A DNA stretch of 64,000 nucleotides from the NCBI GenBank assembly GCA_017962565.1, contig JAGCVC010000020.1, forward strand, positions 68,622 through 132,621, read 5' to 3'. The stretch's first letter is position 1. Every line of letters begins with the position of its first letter. The position numbers and the translations under genes were made by a program. The notes under the pieces were generated by a model. It saw only the letters and a program-made list of their open reading frames with translations, did no database searches and was not told the DNA's origin. Below are positions 40,301-50,340 of this stretch, piece after piece. This stretch comes from Alphaproteobacteria bacterium (GTDB lineage: Bacteria > Pseudomonadota > Alphaproteobacteria > CAAHEQ01 > UBA3637).

Positions 40301-40782
40301 ATACCGCCACGCAAAGCATATTCGCCGGCTTGCATAACCTGTTCTGTTCGCACATAACCGTTTTTATTTAAAAATGCTTGAACCTTATCAATGTCAAACA
40401 AATCACCTGTTTTAAAGAATAATCCCTGTCCTTTGAAAAAATCAATTGGCGGAACTTTTTGCAAAACCGCCGAAACGGATGTTAAAATAAGTGTATTTTT
40501 ATGTTCATTGTAATTTGCCAATTCAAACATTGTATCCAATCGTTCCGATTCGATTGCCGAATTGGGTGATACTCTGTCATAAGGTATTGTGTCCCATGCT
40601 GGGAAAGTTAAAACACGTACATCCGGTGCAATTACATTAATCAAAGATGCCAGTGTATTTAAGTGATTTTCACTGTCTGCAATATGCAAAACGTAGCCTT
40701 TTTCGTTCACTGCGCGTGCCAAAACAAAGGCATCATATCCCGAAACGACACCACCTAAAATATGTTCTTTATTGTCTGTCAT
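37354..40782 (-). CDS. mfd: transcription-repair coupling factor Mfd
   Basis: 1142 aa. UvrB-homology N-terminus, RNAP-interaction domain, superfamily-2 translocase motifs (GDVGFGKTEVALRAA, DEEQHFGV), TRG motif, C-terminal D7. Confidence 0.95.
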   Translation of the reverse strand: MTDNKEHILGGVVSGYDAFVLARAVNEKGYVLHIADSENHLNTLASLINVIAPDVRVLTFPAWDTIPYDRVSPNSAIESERLDTMFELANYNEHKNTLILTSVSAVLQKVPPIDFFKGQGLFFKTGDLFDIDKVQAFLNKNGYVRTEQVMQAGEYALRGGIMDIFVSGSEEPYRLDLFGDVLESIRTFSVTTQKTNAIVQNLSIKPMAEYVLNEKTISDFRTRYRALAGGQTSSDMLYESVSAGRKVNGLEHWLPLFFEKMDCFLDYLPSETPIYLDEDVPQAVLSRQSQIMEYYQARLNALKIKDKLEDVYYPVAPDTFFLNEEEWQTKLHGFDRFVLSSFVGPDQEDLQSRVGISFAADRASGNVFEKVAQFIHKSKHPVIIASFSDSSSEHITKGIAQFGISLNKAFSWVGALKNAPSIIQIPLEKGFVAKDFTILTEEDILGERMIRPTRHRKAKENFIEDISTLNIGDLVVHVTHGIGRYEGLITLQAGGTAHDCLKIIYDGDDKLFVPVENLDMLSRYGSENTAVALDRLGGSGWQARKARVKKQLLEMAEKLIGIAAARYATQMPVVTPDIGFYNEFCARFPYVETEDQLHSINDVISDFASGHPMDRLVCGDVGFGKTEVALRAAFMAAESGMQVAVIVPTTLLARQHYATFAKRFEGIPLKIGRLSRLVSAAEKKKTLAGLADGSVDIVIGTHALLAKSVQFKNLGLLIVDEEQHFGVAHKEQLKALKASVHVLTLTATPIPRTLQMSLTGVRDLSLIATPPVDRLAVSTFVLPFDAVILRDAMMREHLRGGQTFYVCPRISDMAPLMDKLKRIVPELKIVAAHGQMKPTELEKIMTDFVDGKFDVLLATSIIESGIDLSDVNTIIIHRADMFGLAALYQLRGRVGRSKVKAYAYLTTSENKVLTPGAQKRLEVMQSLDSLGAGFTLASHDLDIRGAGNLLGQEQSGHIKEVGVELYQKMLEDAVSMLKSGQDIENIEQENYSPQISLGLSVLIPEKYVPDLGLRMELYHRMANLQTPEEMQSIRLELEDRFGAIPEEVENLLTTVSLKTLCRQAHIEKIEAGSKGMSITFRNNLFPNPAGLVGFVNSQMGLAKLKPDKLTITRIWNNPMDRLVGVKSLLETFAKMAEEVEEK

Positions 40783-40910
40783 AAGGCAATAATAATCCTT
40801 TTTTCTGAAATTATAAAGTATTTTTTATATTTTTTTGTTGACAGCATCTTTTTTTTGGTGTATATATTCAGTCCTTGAAGTTTCATGTTTGATTTGAAAA
40901 AGGATTTATT

Positions 40911-41210
40911 ATGTTTGCAGTTATTAAAACAGGCGGAAAACAATACAAGGTTGCAAAAGACGATGTCATTGTTATTGAACGTATCGCTGGTGAAGAAGGT
41001 TCAAAAGTAAATTTCGCCGAAGTATTGATGGTTGGCGATAAAGTCGGAACTCCTTTGGTTGACGGAGCTTCCGTTGCCGGTGAAATCGTAAGACAATCTC
41101 GTGGTGAAAAAGTGATTGTTTTCAAAAAGCGTCGTCGTCAGGGTTATAAACGTAAAAACGGTCACAGACAAGAATTGTCCGTTGTAAAGATTACAGATAT
41201 TAAGGCATAA
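40911..41210 (+). CDS. rplU: 50S ribosomal protein L21
   Basis: 99 aa; [25 protein letters not shown]... Confidence 0.9.
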   Translation: MFAVIKTGGKQYKVAKDDVIVIERIAGEEGSKVNFAEVLMVGDKVGTPLVDGASVAGEIVRQSRGEKVIVFKKRRRQGYKRKNGHRQELSVVKITDIKA

Positions 41211-41221
41211 GGAGATTTATC

Positions 41222-41479
41222 ATGGCTCATAAGAAAGCTGGCGGTAGCACAAGAAACGGACGCGACTCCGAAGGTCGTCGTTTAGGTTTGAAAAAAGCAG
41301 GTGGACAATCTGTCATTCCTGGAAACATTATTGTTCGTCAACGTGGAACACAATATTATCCAGGTGATAACGTAGGTATGGGTGTTGACCATACTTTGTT
41401 TGCAAAAGTTGAAGGTACTGTCGAATTCAAACATTCAAAAGATGACAGAACTTTCGTTTGCGTTGTTCCAAAAGCTTAA
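41222..41479 (+). CDS. rpmA: 50S ribosomal protein L27
   Basis: 85 aa; [25 protein letters not shown]... Confidence 0.9.
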   Translation: MAHKKAGGSTRNGRDSEGRRLGLKKAGGQSVIPGNIIVRQRGTQYYPGDNVGMGVDHTLFAKVEGTVEFKHSKDDRTFVCVVPKA

Positions 41480-41501
41480 TAAATACCTTTAGAATTTTAC
41501 A

Positions 41502-41537
41502 AAAATCTCCGTGCTATTTTGTGCGGAGATTTTTTGT
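41502..41537 (+). terminator. rho-independent terminator after rplU-rpmA
   Basis: AAATCTCCG-(11-nt loop)-CGGAGATTT followed by TTTTGTG. Confidence 0.5.
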
Positions 41538-41635
41538 GTAAGTAAGAACTGTTTCAAAGTACAGATACAATAAAAAATTTCTTGCTTTTTTCATATTCTT
41601 GCGTTACTTTTATTTGGAGAAAGGTCAAAGGATAG

Positions 41636-42651
<1,016 letters not shown>

Positions 42652-42652
<1 letters not shown>

Positions 42653-43035
42653 TGAAAAAAGAAGCAGTTAAAAAAACAAAAACAGTTAAAAAGCCAAAAT
42701 CAGAAAAGACTGATTTGCCTGCGTTGATTGCCAAGATTTTAGATGATGGTAAGGCCTTCAATATTTTATCCATAAACTTAACAGGGAAAACATCCTTAAC
42801 CGATTATTTAATTATTGCTTCCGGCACATCATCAAGGCACGTCTTGTCTTTGGCAAACACGTTAAATGAAAAATTAAAAGAAATGGGTTACCGGCCAAAG
42901 GTAGATGGAAAACAAAGTAGCGGTGAATGGGTTGTCCTAGATTTGGGCGATGCTATCGTTCATATATTCCAACCGGAAACTCGCTCATTTTATGAAATTG
43001 AAGCTTTATGGGGCGAAAAAACGCCAATTGTTTAA
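42652..43035 (+). CDS. rsfS: ribosome silencing factor RsfS (Iojap family) with Lys-rich N-terminal extension
   Basis: 127 aa; ...LTDYLIIASGTSSRHVLSLANTLNEKLKE...WVVLDLGDAIVHIFQPETRSFYEIEALW. Confidence 0.75.
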
Positions 43036-43050
43036 AAAGGGGAAAGAAAA

Positions 43051-43713
43051 ATGTTACCACAGGTTCCAATCATTCGTGTTACAGATTCTGAAAAAATCCC
43101 ACTGCCATCTTACTACGATGGTGTAGGAACATGTGTGACCTTACGTTCAAATGAAGTGAAATCTATCAAAATTGCTCCTCAGCATTTTGAGACTTTCTCA
43201 ACCGGCTTTGCCATAGCATTACCTATGGGAATGGAAGCCCAGGTTCGTTCATTAAAAGAGTCTACCGAAAGCGGAGTAATCGTACTAAATGCACCTGCAA
43301 CAATTGATGCTTCCGACAGAAAAGAAATTAAAGTTTGCATTTTTAATGCATCTCAAGAGTCGGTTATCATTAAGCAAGGCGATCCGATTGCTCTTATGGT
43401 TTTTTCCATGGCTTTGCGTATACGGTGGGTCGATTTGGCACAACAGCCGGGAAATACAAGTTATCTGAACACACAACCAAGGGAAGAACCTACACCCCCG
43501 CTCTCAAATACTTCGGAAGCTGTTTCTATTGAAGTCGCAACTTCTGACAATCAAGATATTATCCAACCGGTTACACGTTCTGAAACAGAAAAGAATTTAA
43601 TTTCAGAAGAAGATACACCTGATGAAGATCCTGTTGCTACTCCATCCATTCTGGAAGAATTTGAAAAAATTGAAAGCGAATTTGAAGACGATCAATCGGA
43701 GGATGACAATTAA
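43051..43713 (+). CDS. dUTPase-fold protein with degenerate catalytic motifs and an acidic, low-complexity C-terminal tail
   Basis: 220 aa. Motif I is TCVTLRS where active dUTPases have AG.DLR (the Asp is absent). Motif III is IDASDRKEI where they have IDSDYRG. Motif IV is PIALMVF against RIAQMIF in E. coli Dut. There is no motif V Gly-rich arm; residues 130-220 are Pro/Glu/Asp/Ser-rich instead. Confidence 0.6.
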   Translation: MLPQVPIIRVTDSEKIPLPSYYDGVGTCVTLRSNEVKSIKIAPQHFETFSTGFAIALPMGMEAQVRSLKESTESGVIVLNAPATIDASDRKEIKVCIFNASQESVIIKQGDPIALMVFSMALRIRWVDLAQQPGNTSYLNTQPREEPTPPLSNTSEAVSIEVATSDNQDIIQPVTRSETEKNLISEEDTPDEDPVATPSILEEFEKIESEFEDDQSEDDN

Positions 43714-44190
43714 ATGCGAACTCTGATTGCTTTTATTTTCTCTTTGTTTTTATTTACTACTTATTCGGTGGCACAAGTATTGCCTATTCCGCGTTTTGAT
43801 TCTTTACGTAACGACACCGTTTACATGCGTGCAGGACCAGGAGAACGTTTTCCGATCGAATGGGTTTATGAAAGAAAAGATCTTCCCGTGAAAATTATTG
43901 ATAGTTTTGAACACTGGTATAAGATAGAAGATGTTGATGGAAATCAAGGTTGGGTTCACAAAAGAATGTTATCCGGTAAAAAAACAGCCCTAACTCCGAA
44001 AGATAAAAAAACAGCATTATATAAGAAGAATAGTGCACAATCTAAAGTGCTTGCTTATTTTGAAGGACAAGTCATTGTAAAAATTATCGACTGTAAATCA
44101 GATAGTCTGTTCTGCCAAGTTAAATACGATGATTTAAAAGGATATATTCTTAAAAACTCTTTGTTTGGTACACAATTAGACGAAAGATAG
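43714..44190 (+). CDS. secreted bacterial SH3-domain (SH3b) protein
   Basis: 158 aa. Signal peptide, then two SH3b-like segments (VYMRAGPGERFPIEWVYERKDLPVKIIDSFEHWYKIEDVDGNQGWVHKRML; second copy ...KVLAYFEGQVIVKIID...CQVKYDDLKGYI). Start is 1 nt after the previous stop. Confidence 0.6.
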   Translation: MRTLIAFIFSLFLFTTYSVAQVLPIPRFDSLRNDTVYMRAGPGERFPIEWVYERKDLPVKIIDSFEHWYKIEDVDGNQGWVHKRMLSGKKTALTPKDKKTALYKKNSAQSKVLAYFEGQVIVKIIDCKSDSLFCQVKYDDLKGYILKNSLFGTQLDER

Positions 44191-44193
44191 CAA

Positions 44194-45273
44194 ATGAAAA
44201 AAATTTTTTTCCTGGCAATTTTACTCAGTTTAACATCAACTTTTCACGCGAATGCTGTTGATGTCTTTGCTTTACCGACAAATGAAAAAACATTTTATGA
44301 AAAGGGCTTCCCTTTAAACGAGTACTTAATTTATACACCGGATAAAAAATGCTTCTTGCACTATCTGTCAATAAAATCTTTATCCATGTATAAAAACATT
44401 CAAATTAATCAACTGTCTCCATCAGAAAATGATCAGTGTCTTGAAAAGGGTTTTGCCTCCGTTAATATTACGGATGACAAAAATAACTTAATCCAAACAT
44501 TGACCGGTTATTTTTTAAATGGTTTTTTCATCGGCTCTGTTCCATTAAACAGCTATGCAATCAAAAGATCTGCCGAAGCTGATGGAACACAAAACCTGTT
44601 TTATTTTATTGATAAAGATGACAATTTAAAAGTTCAATATATCGGTGAAATGCATTCCTATCTGGAAAATGATGGGACCTATACACATTTTGATGCTTGT
44701 AATCCTTTTGAAATTTTGCTTCAAACACAAAATAAAGCATTATTTAATGATCCTGTAACCATTCAAAACTTGTTTACTGTTGTTAAAAGTTACGCTCGAA
44801 CAATTTGTCCACAAGTTGAACATATTGTTTTTAAAGCAACGGACAGCCCTTCTTTAGATAATAACGGTATTTTCTTTCAAAAAACCTTCTACAAAGATGC
44901 ACCATCTGATATATGGATGGAAGATACAAACATTTCATCTAATCATGTATTGGAACCGACTGAAGCTCAAGTTTACTCCGATTCGCATGCTAATTTAGAC
45001 GAGGAGATACAAATTACGGACGATCAAGAATACATTATTCATGTTTCTGATAAAACAAACAAACGGGTTTTGTTCGTAGATAAACCTTATCTGATGAAAG
45101 CTACTCAAAATGAACATACTCTGGAATTAAAGCCCGGATGGTATAAAGTAAAAGCAAAATTCTCTCCAATGGAAGACTTGGAAAAGAAGCGCACAGGCAT
45201 TTCCTTAAACGAAAAAGCGGCTATTATAGACATAGAGTCTGCAAAAGCATGCAAAAATTCAGATTGTTATTGA
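44194..45273 (+). CDS. hypothetical secreted protein
   Basis: 359 aa. Signal peptide (MKKIFFLAILLSLTSTFHANA). No recognised domain. Fourth gene of the rsfS-to-44194 co-directional cluster. Confidence 0.5.
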   Translation: MKKIFFLAILLSLTSTFHANAVDVFALPTNEKTFYEKGFPLNEYLIYTPDKKCFLHYLSIKSLSMYKNIQINQLSPSENDQCLEKGFASVNITDDKNNLIQTLTGYFLNGFFIGSVPLNSYAIKRSAEADGTQNLFYFIDKDDNLKVQYIGEMHSYLENDGTYTHFDACNPFEILLQTQNKALFNDPVTIQNLFTVVKSYARTICPQVEHIVFKATDSPSLDNNGIFFQKTFYKDAPSDIWMEDTNISSNHVLEPTEAQVYSDSHANLDEEIQITDDQEYIIHVSDKTNKRVLFVDKPYLMKATQNEHTLELKPGWYKVKAKFSPMEDLEKKRTGISLNEKAAIIDIESAKACKNSDCY

Positions 45274-45578
45274 AGAGTCAAACGAACTAAGAAATAAATA
45301 CCAATCACAGAAACACACGATAAAATGATTCTGATAAAATCTTTCAGAATTGCCAAAAATGTCCGTTTTATGTAAGCGCCTTCAGCACGGTATGCAAATA
45401 TCCATATGAGCAAATTGAAGAAAATTACGGAAATAAAGACAATTGCATATAATATAGGCGATATAATCAAATTAAACAAATTCATATCCGAAAGAAAAGA
45501 TACCAACACAAGTCCAAGGACAACTCCAATCACATCGGAAAAATGAAATGAAAGCATTTTCTTCATAAGTTTAAACAT
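45267..45578 (-). CDS. small membrane protein (three TM helices)
   Basis: 103 aa hydrophobic ORF, 2 nt downstream of the Sel1 gene stop. Confidence 0.4.
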   Translation of the reverse strand: MFKLMKKMLSFHFSDVIGVVLGLVLVSFLSDMNLFNLIISPILYAIVFISVIFFNLLIWIFAYRAEGAYIKRTFLAILKDFIRIILSCVSVIGIYFLVRLTLQ

Positions 45579-45579
45579 A

Positions 45580-46620
45580 TTATCTTCTCCGCATCAATCT
45601 TTGTGAACGTTTCGGACGGGGACGAGCTTTATCCTTATCAACAACACCTTCAAGAGGAGTAATCGGAGCAATTACATAATCGTCTTCTTCCGGTTTAATA
45701 GGAAGATCAACTTCTTTATTTGTTACACGTTTGTTCAATGTAACACCTTCCGATTTTGCCCTTGATATGTCAGAAGAACTCATCGAATCTGATAAAAGCT
45801 CAAGTGCTGAGTTAGCCTTATCAAAATTATTTTTAGCTGCTTCCGACATCCACGCATATGCCTGAATCTTATTAACTCCACCTTCAACCAAACCATCTGC
45901 ATACATAGTAGCTAGGTTGAACTGAGCCATAGGGAATCCCATCACAGCAGCATATTCATAAAAGGAACGAGCTTTCTCCATGTTCTGCTCAACACCAATA
46001 CCATTTTGATACATATGCCCTAACATATAGTGCGCTTCCACCGATTTTAACTGAGCTGCGCGTTTATAGTATGTAAAAGCTTTGGTTGCATTTTTTGCTA
46101 CACCATACCCATAAAAATATAAATTTCCCAAGTAAAACTGAAGAATCGGATGTTTTACACTTTCGATGGAATTCAACAACTCAAAAGCCTTTTCGTAATT
46201 TTGTGGAACGCCCTCTCCTCTGTAGTACAAAACACCCAAGTTCATAATCGCGGTTACATCAAATTCATCTGCAGATTGTTGGTAAAGTTCGAAGGCCTTT
46301 TGTCTGTTTCGTCTGACTCCTTTTCCTTCGTCATACATATATCCCAAAAAAGTCCTGGCTTCAGTATGACCCTGCTCTGCTGCAGCTTCAAATAAAGAAA
46401 AAGCTCTTTCATAACTCTGTGGACCACCCAAGCCGTGATAAAGCATAAAAGCAGTCAAATACTGACACTTTGCATCTTTTTCGAGCAAGCATCCCCTCAG
46501 CTCTGCTTCCGTTGTTGTATAATCGGCCTTCTGAAAAGCCTCCAACCCCTTGACATAATCAGCAAAACTTAACGAACTTATTGTAGAAAACAACAAAACA
46601 TAAAAAAACGTTTTCTTCAT
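45580..46620 (-). CDS. secreted Sel1-repeat protein with basic C-terminal tail
   Basis: 346 aa. Signal peptide. At least six Sel1 repeats (LGYMYDEGKGVRRNRQKAFELYQQSA; LGVLYYRGEGVPQNYEKAFELL; LGNLYFYGYGVAKNATKAFTYYKRAA; LGHMYQNGIGVEQNMEKARSFYEYAA...). C-terminus ...KARPRPKRSQRLMRRR. Confidence 0.75.
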   Translation of the reverse strand: MKKTFFYVLLFSTISSLSFADYVKGLEAFQKADYTTTEAELRGCLLEKDAKCQYLTAFMLYHGLGGPQSYERAFSLFEAAAEQGHTEARTFLGYMYDEGKGVRRNRQKAFELYQQSADEFDVTAIMNLGVLYYRGEGVPQNYEKAFELLNSIESVKHPILQFYLGNLYFYGYGVAKNATKAFTYYKRAAQLKSVEAHYMLGHMYQNGIGVEQNMEKARSFYEYAAVMGFPMAQFNLATMYADGLVEGGVNKIQAYAWMSEAAKNNFDKANSALELLSDSMSSSDISRAKSEGVTLNKRVTNKEVDLPIKPEEDDYVIAPITPLEGVVDKDKARPRPKRSQRLMRRR

Positions 46621-46796
46621 GGATTACCCTTTTCTCCTTCTATTCTCGGTTGAGTTTAGCAGACTCGTAAAGAACTGTCTAGTATTATTTTCATTTTTTT
46701 TCACTTCATAATATTGTAAGAGTCTTGACTTTTAAAGATAAAATTGTATAATTAAGGGCTGTTTTAGAAAAAATAATAAATTTTAGGAGATAAAAA

Positions 46797-48161
46797 ATGC
46801 CTGCAACCAGTATGGAGCAACTTGTATCATTATGCAAACGTCGTGGTTTTATTTTTCAAAGCGCTGATATTTACGGTGGCTTACAGGGTGTTTATGATTA
46901 CGGTCCTTTGGGTGTAGAGCTGAAAAATAATTTAAAAAATGCCTGGTGGCGTGCAATGATTTATGAACGAGATGATGTAGAAGGTTTGGATGCTTCTATT
47001 TTAACCTTACGCCAAGTATTGCAACACAGCGGGCATGAAGCAACCTTTTCCGATCCTTTGTGCGATTGCCGTAAATGTAAAACACGTATGCGGGCTGATC
47101 ATGTCAAAGATGGTAAGTGTATTAATTGCGGCAGTACGGATTTAACAGAGCCGCGTCCGTTTAACCTGATGTTTAAAACAAATGTCGGACCGGTTGATGA
47201 CGGTTCCAATATTGCTTATTTAAGACCGGAAACAGCACAGGCGATTTTTACTCAATTTAAAAATGTAGTGGATTCCACATCACGCAAGGTTCCTTTTGGT
47301 ATTGCGCAAATCGGAAAATCTTTCCGTAATGAGATTACTCCGCGTAATTTTATTTTCCGTGTTCGCGAATTTGAACAAATGGAATTGGAATTTTTTGTCA
47401 AACCTGGCGAAGATGAAAAGTGGCAAGAATATTGGAAAGACCAACGAATCAACTGGTGGGTTGCACAAGGTTTAAAGCGTGAAAACATTCACGTTCATGC
47501 TATTGCAAAGGAAGACTTGGCACATTATTCCAAAGCAACATATGATTTGGAATATTTATTTCCACATGGAGTTGAAGAATTAGAAGGTATTGCGAATCGA
47601 ACAGATTATGATTTAGGCAATCACACAAAGCAACAAAATGAGCTGAATTTATCTGCTCATGTTCATGAAAACAAAGATTCTACAGCAAAATTGGCATTGT
47701 TTGATGATGAAGAAAAAAAGTGGTTTGTTCCTTTTGTTATCGAGCCGTCTGCCGGTGTTGACCGTGGTTTGCTTGCCGTTATAACAGAAGCTTATACAGA
47801 AGAAACTCTGCCAAGCGGCGATACAAGAATTGTTTTAAAATTGAAAAAGCATTTATCCCCGGTCAAAGTTGCCGTTATTCCGTTGAAACGAAACAATGAA
47901 CAAATTGTCGGGTTAGCGCATAAAATTAAAGATGAACTGTTAAAAACCGGTATCGGTCGAGTTATGTTGGAAGACAGTGGAAATGTCGGAAAAGCCTATC
48001 GCCGCCATGATGAAATCGGAACACCGTTCTGTGTAACAGTCGATTTTGAAAGTATTGAACAATCACCGGCAACTGTTACGATTCGCGATCGCGATACAAT
48101 GAAACAAGAACGAATCGCCGTCAGTGAACTTGCAGATTATTTCAAAAAGGAATTTATTTAA
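46797..48161 (+). CDS. glyQS: glycine--tRNA ligase, homodimeric alpha2 (GlyQS) type
   Basis: 454 aa, single polypeptide. N-terminus ...[35 protein letters not shown]..., class II motifs ([25 protein letters not shown]) and C-terminal anticodon-binding domain. Not the GlyQ/GlyS alpha2beta2 type. Confidence 0.85.
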   Translation: MPATSMEQLVSLCKRRGFIFQSADIYGGLQGVYDYGPLGVELKNNLKNAWWRAMIYERDDVEGLDASILTLRQVLQHSGHEATFSDPLCDCRKCKTRMRADHVKDGKCINCGSTDLTEPRPFNLMFKTNVGPVDDGSNIAYLRPETAQAIFTQFKNVVDSTSRKVPFGIAQIGKSFRNEITPRNFIFRVREFEQMELEFFVKPGEDEKWQEYWKDQRINWWVAQGLKRENIHVHAIAKEDLAHYSKATYDLEYLFPHGVEELEGIANRTDYDLGNHTKQQNELNLSAHVHENKDSTAKLALFDDEEKKWFVPFVIEPSAGVDRGLLAVITEAYTEETLPSGDTRIVLKLKKHLSPVKVAVIPLKRNNEQIVGLAHKIKDELLKTGIGRVMLEDSGNVGKAYRRHDEIGTPFCVTVDFESIEQSPATVTIRDRDTMKQERIAVSELADYFKKEFI

Positions 48162-48170
48162 GGTTATTTC

Positions 48171-49094
48171 ATGAGTCAAAGTATCAGTCACGATGTCTTT
48201 TTTTATATTAATAAAAAGGATCCTTTGTATATCAAGGGAGTGAATGCTATTGAACAACAAAACAAAGAACGTTTAGCCGCTGTTTTAAATGATCCTTCAT
48301 TTGACAAAACTTCTTTTGAAGCGACCGGTTTATTATTTCAAGCCGCACAAAAACCATACATTGAAGGTTTTCAAATGTTAGGCGATGCAGGTGTTAAAAT
48401 GTCACAAAACATGGATGTGATTGTAACTCGTCATTATATCCTTCCTCATATCCATTTGGAACCTGTCTTGCTGACAAGATATGAAACGCCTTTACATGTT
48501 TTGATAAAAAAAATTAATGCAGAAGGGTTATCCGCCTTAGATTTAGAAAAGCACTTCAAGGATCCATCCGATATTGAAAGAACTTTAAATACTTATTACG
48601 TCGACTATTCCAAACGAAAAGAAATAACTCTTACAGGTAACAATAAACCATCACAGCATATTGACGGCGAAGGAACACCTTTGCAACTTGCTTATGAATC
48701 TCATATTTCTGCAAACAAATTCCTAAGAGAGCATGATTGTGACATTGTTTCTGAAGGCTTTTGGGATTTTTATGTTTGTATGAAACCTTTTCATCCGAAC
48801 GTACAAGCTCCATTGATTGTGAATGATGAAATGTTATTTCAAAAAGCAATTCGTTTGAATGATGTAGATACACTGGATATTATATCTTTTTATACCGTAG
48901 ATTGTTTGAATGCACTTCAATATCACTATTCCAAAGAAGAATATGACACTTTGAGAAAATTCAGATTATCCGAAGTATTGAAAACGCACATGATCAAAGG
49001 ATTTCAAGAAGAAGTTGCCGTTGAGAAAAAGTCCACCTTCCGAGGATTAAAAAAACTTGCTCAAATCTTTAATCGGCAAAAAACAAACGATTAG
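48171..49094 (+). CDS. hypothetical protein with degenerate ankyrin-like repeats
   Basis: 307 aa. TPLHVLIKKINAEGLSALDLEKH and GTPLQLAYESHISANKFLREHDCD resemble ankyrin repeat cores (TPLH...A). Weak, by eye. Confidence 0.4.
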   Translation: MSQSISHDVFFYINKKDPLYIKGVNAIEQQNKERLAAVLNDPSFDKTSFEATGLLFQAAQKPYIEGFQMLGDAGVKMSQNMDVIVTRHYILPHIHLEPVLLTRYETPLHVLIKKINAEGLSALDLEKHFKDPSDIERTLNTYYVDYSKRKEITLTGNNKPSQHIDGEGTPLQLAYESHISANKFLREHDCDIVSEGFWDFYVCMKPFHPNVQAPLIVNDEMLFQKAIRLNDVDTLDIISFYTVDCLNALQYHYSKEEYDTLRKFRLSEVLKTHMIKGFQEEVAVEKKSTFRGLKKLAQIFNRQKTND

Positions 49095-50260
49095 AAACTG
49101 AACGGATTTGAAATTTCTTGTTCTTTATTCCAATCTTCCGCCTGGCGATAATCCGTTCCTCTTTGTGTAACGTCTTCCAAAATAATACGTCCGTCCATAG
49201 CATTCCCCTCCATAAAGACACGCATCAAAACACCGTTTTGATTTCCCCAGAAGAGTGAACCATCATTTCCTCTTGGACGACCATATTTATCACTAACGTA
49301 CTTCCAAAAGACATCGCGTCGATTCGTTTTTTTCAACAAATCTTTGTAAGATGTACTTAAAGAATTATCACCAAACCCTGTATAATCAATCTTAAACGCT
49401 TGATTATCCGTCAAAGTAGATGAAAATAAAACAACAATTTGTTCTTTTGTTATCTCTTTTTTCAAGACTAATTGTGAGATATAATAAACATCTTCATCTC
49501 TTGCCCGTTCACGAACACATTCATGTATTAAACGTAACTGATAAAGTCCGCTTTCACGACAATCCCTTTCAAAATTCGTTACCATAAAAGAAGGAATACC
49601 ATAAGCAACATTAGTCACTTCAAAACCATTATCAGCTGCGCTGTCAATAACATCTTCCGGAGACATACCCAATTGCAAATCGGCAATATCAAAGCCCCCC
49701 ACATTAGCGGACACACCGCTTGAAAAAGGTGTCAAACTCGGACGTTTCTGAGCAGTCGGTTCAGCAGATGCTTCTACCTTCTTTTCGACATCTTTCTTTG
49801 GCTCTTCAGGTGCATTCTTTTCAGTCTGCTTTACACCTTTCTGTTCTTTATCCTTATCATCTTCAGCTTTTTTTATTTGAATTTTTGTCTCTGAAGGCGT
49901 TTCCTTTACACCGGAAAAATCGACAGGAGCAGATAACTTATTGGAATACTCCGAAGTATCTACATATTTACTCTCATATGCCAAATTCATTCCTTCAAAA
50001 GGTTTTGGCGACAACGTTTCTTCCGGAGCTTTTATATTAACCGCAGGAAATGGAGGTGGAGCAAAGTAAATCGATTCGACCGGCTTCACATCATTACCGA
50101 TAATTGGATTTTTCTTTTTTGTACATGTTGGGCACGGCTCAGCCTTTTTTTCTTCCTCAAACAAAGGCAAATCCGTACTTTGCGCAAAAACAGAGCTGCC
50201 TAGAAATAAACAAGTAAAAAATAGTAAAAAAGTTCTTCTTTTCATCGTTGTCTTTTCCAT
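49091..50260 (-). CDS. hypothetical secreted protein with Lys/Glu/Pro-rich linker
   Basis: 389 aa. Signal peptide (MKRRTFLLFFTCLFLGSSVFAQS). Low-complexity KE-rich middle. Structured C-terminal domain of unknown family. Confidence 0.5.
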   Translation of the reverse strand: MEKTTMKRRTFLLFFTCLFLGSSVFAQSTDLPLFEEEKKAEPCPTCTKKKNPIIGNDVKPVESIYFAPPPFPAVNIKAPEETLSPKPFEGMNLAYESKYVDTSEYSNKLSAPVDFSGVKETPSETKIQIKKAEDDKDKEQKGVKQTEKNAPEEPKKDVEKKVEASAEPTAQKRPSLTPFSSGVSANVGGFDIADLQLGMSPEDVIDSAADNGFEVTNVAYGIPSFMVTNFERDCRESGLYQLRLIHECVRERARDEDVYYISQLVLKKEITKEQIVVLFSSTLTDNQAFKIDYTGFGDNSLSTSYKDLLKKTNRRDVFWKYVSDKYGRPRGNDGSLFWGNQNGVLMRVFMEGNAMDGRIILEDVTQRGTDYRQAEDWNKEQEISNPFSF

Positions 50261-50340
50261 TTCTTTGTGCTATCTTAAACCATGTAAGATAAAGTGTAAA
50301 CGTAAAAAGTGAACAAATATTTAATAAAAAAAGGTAAAAA

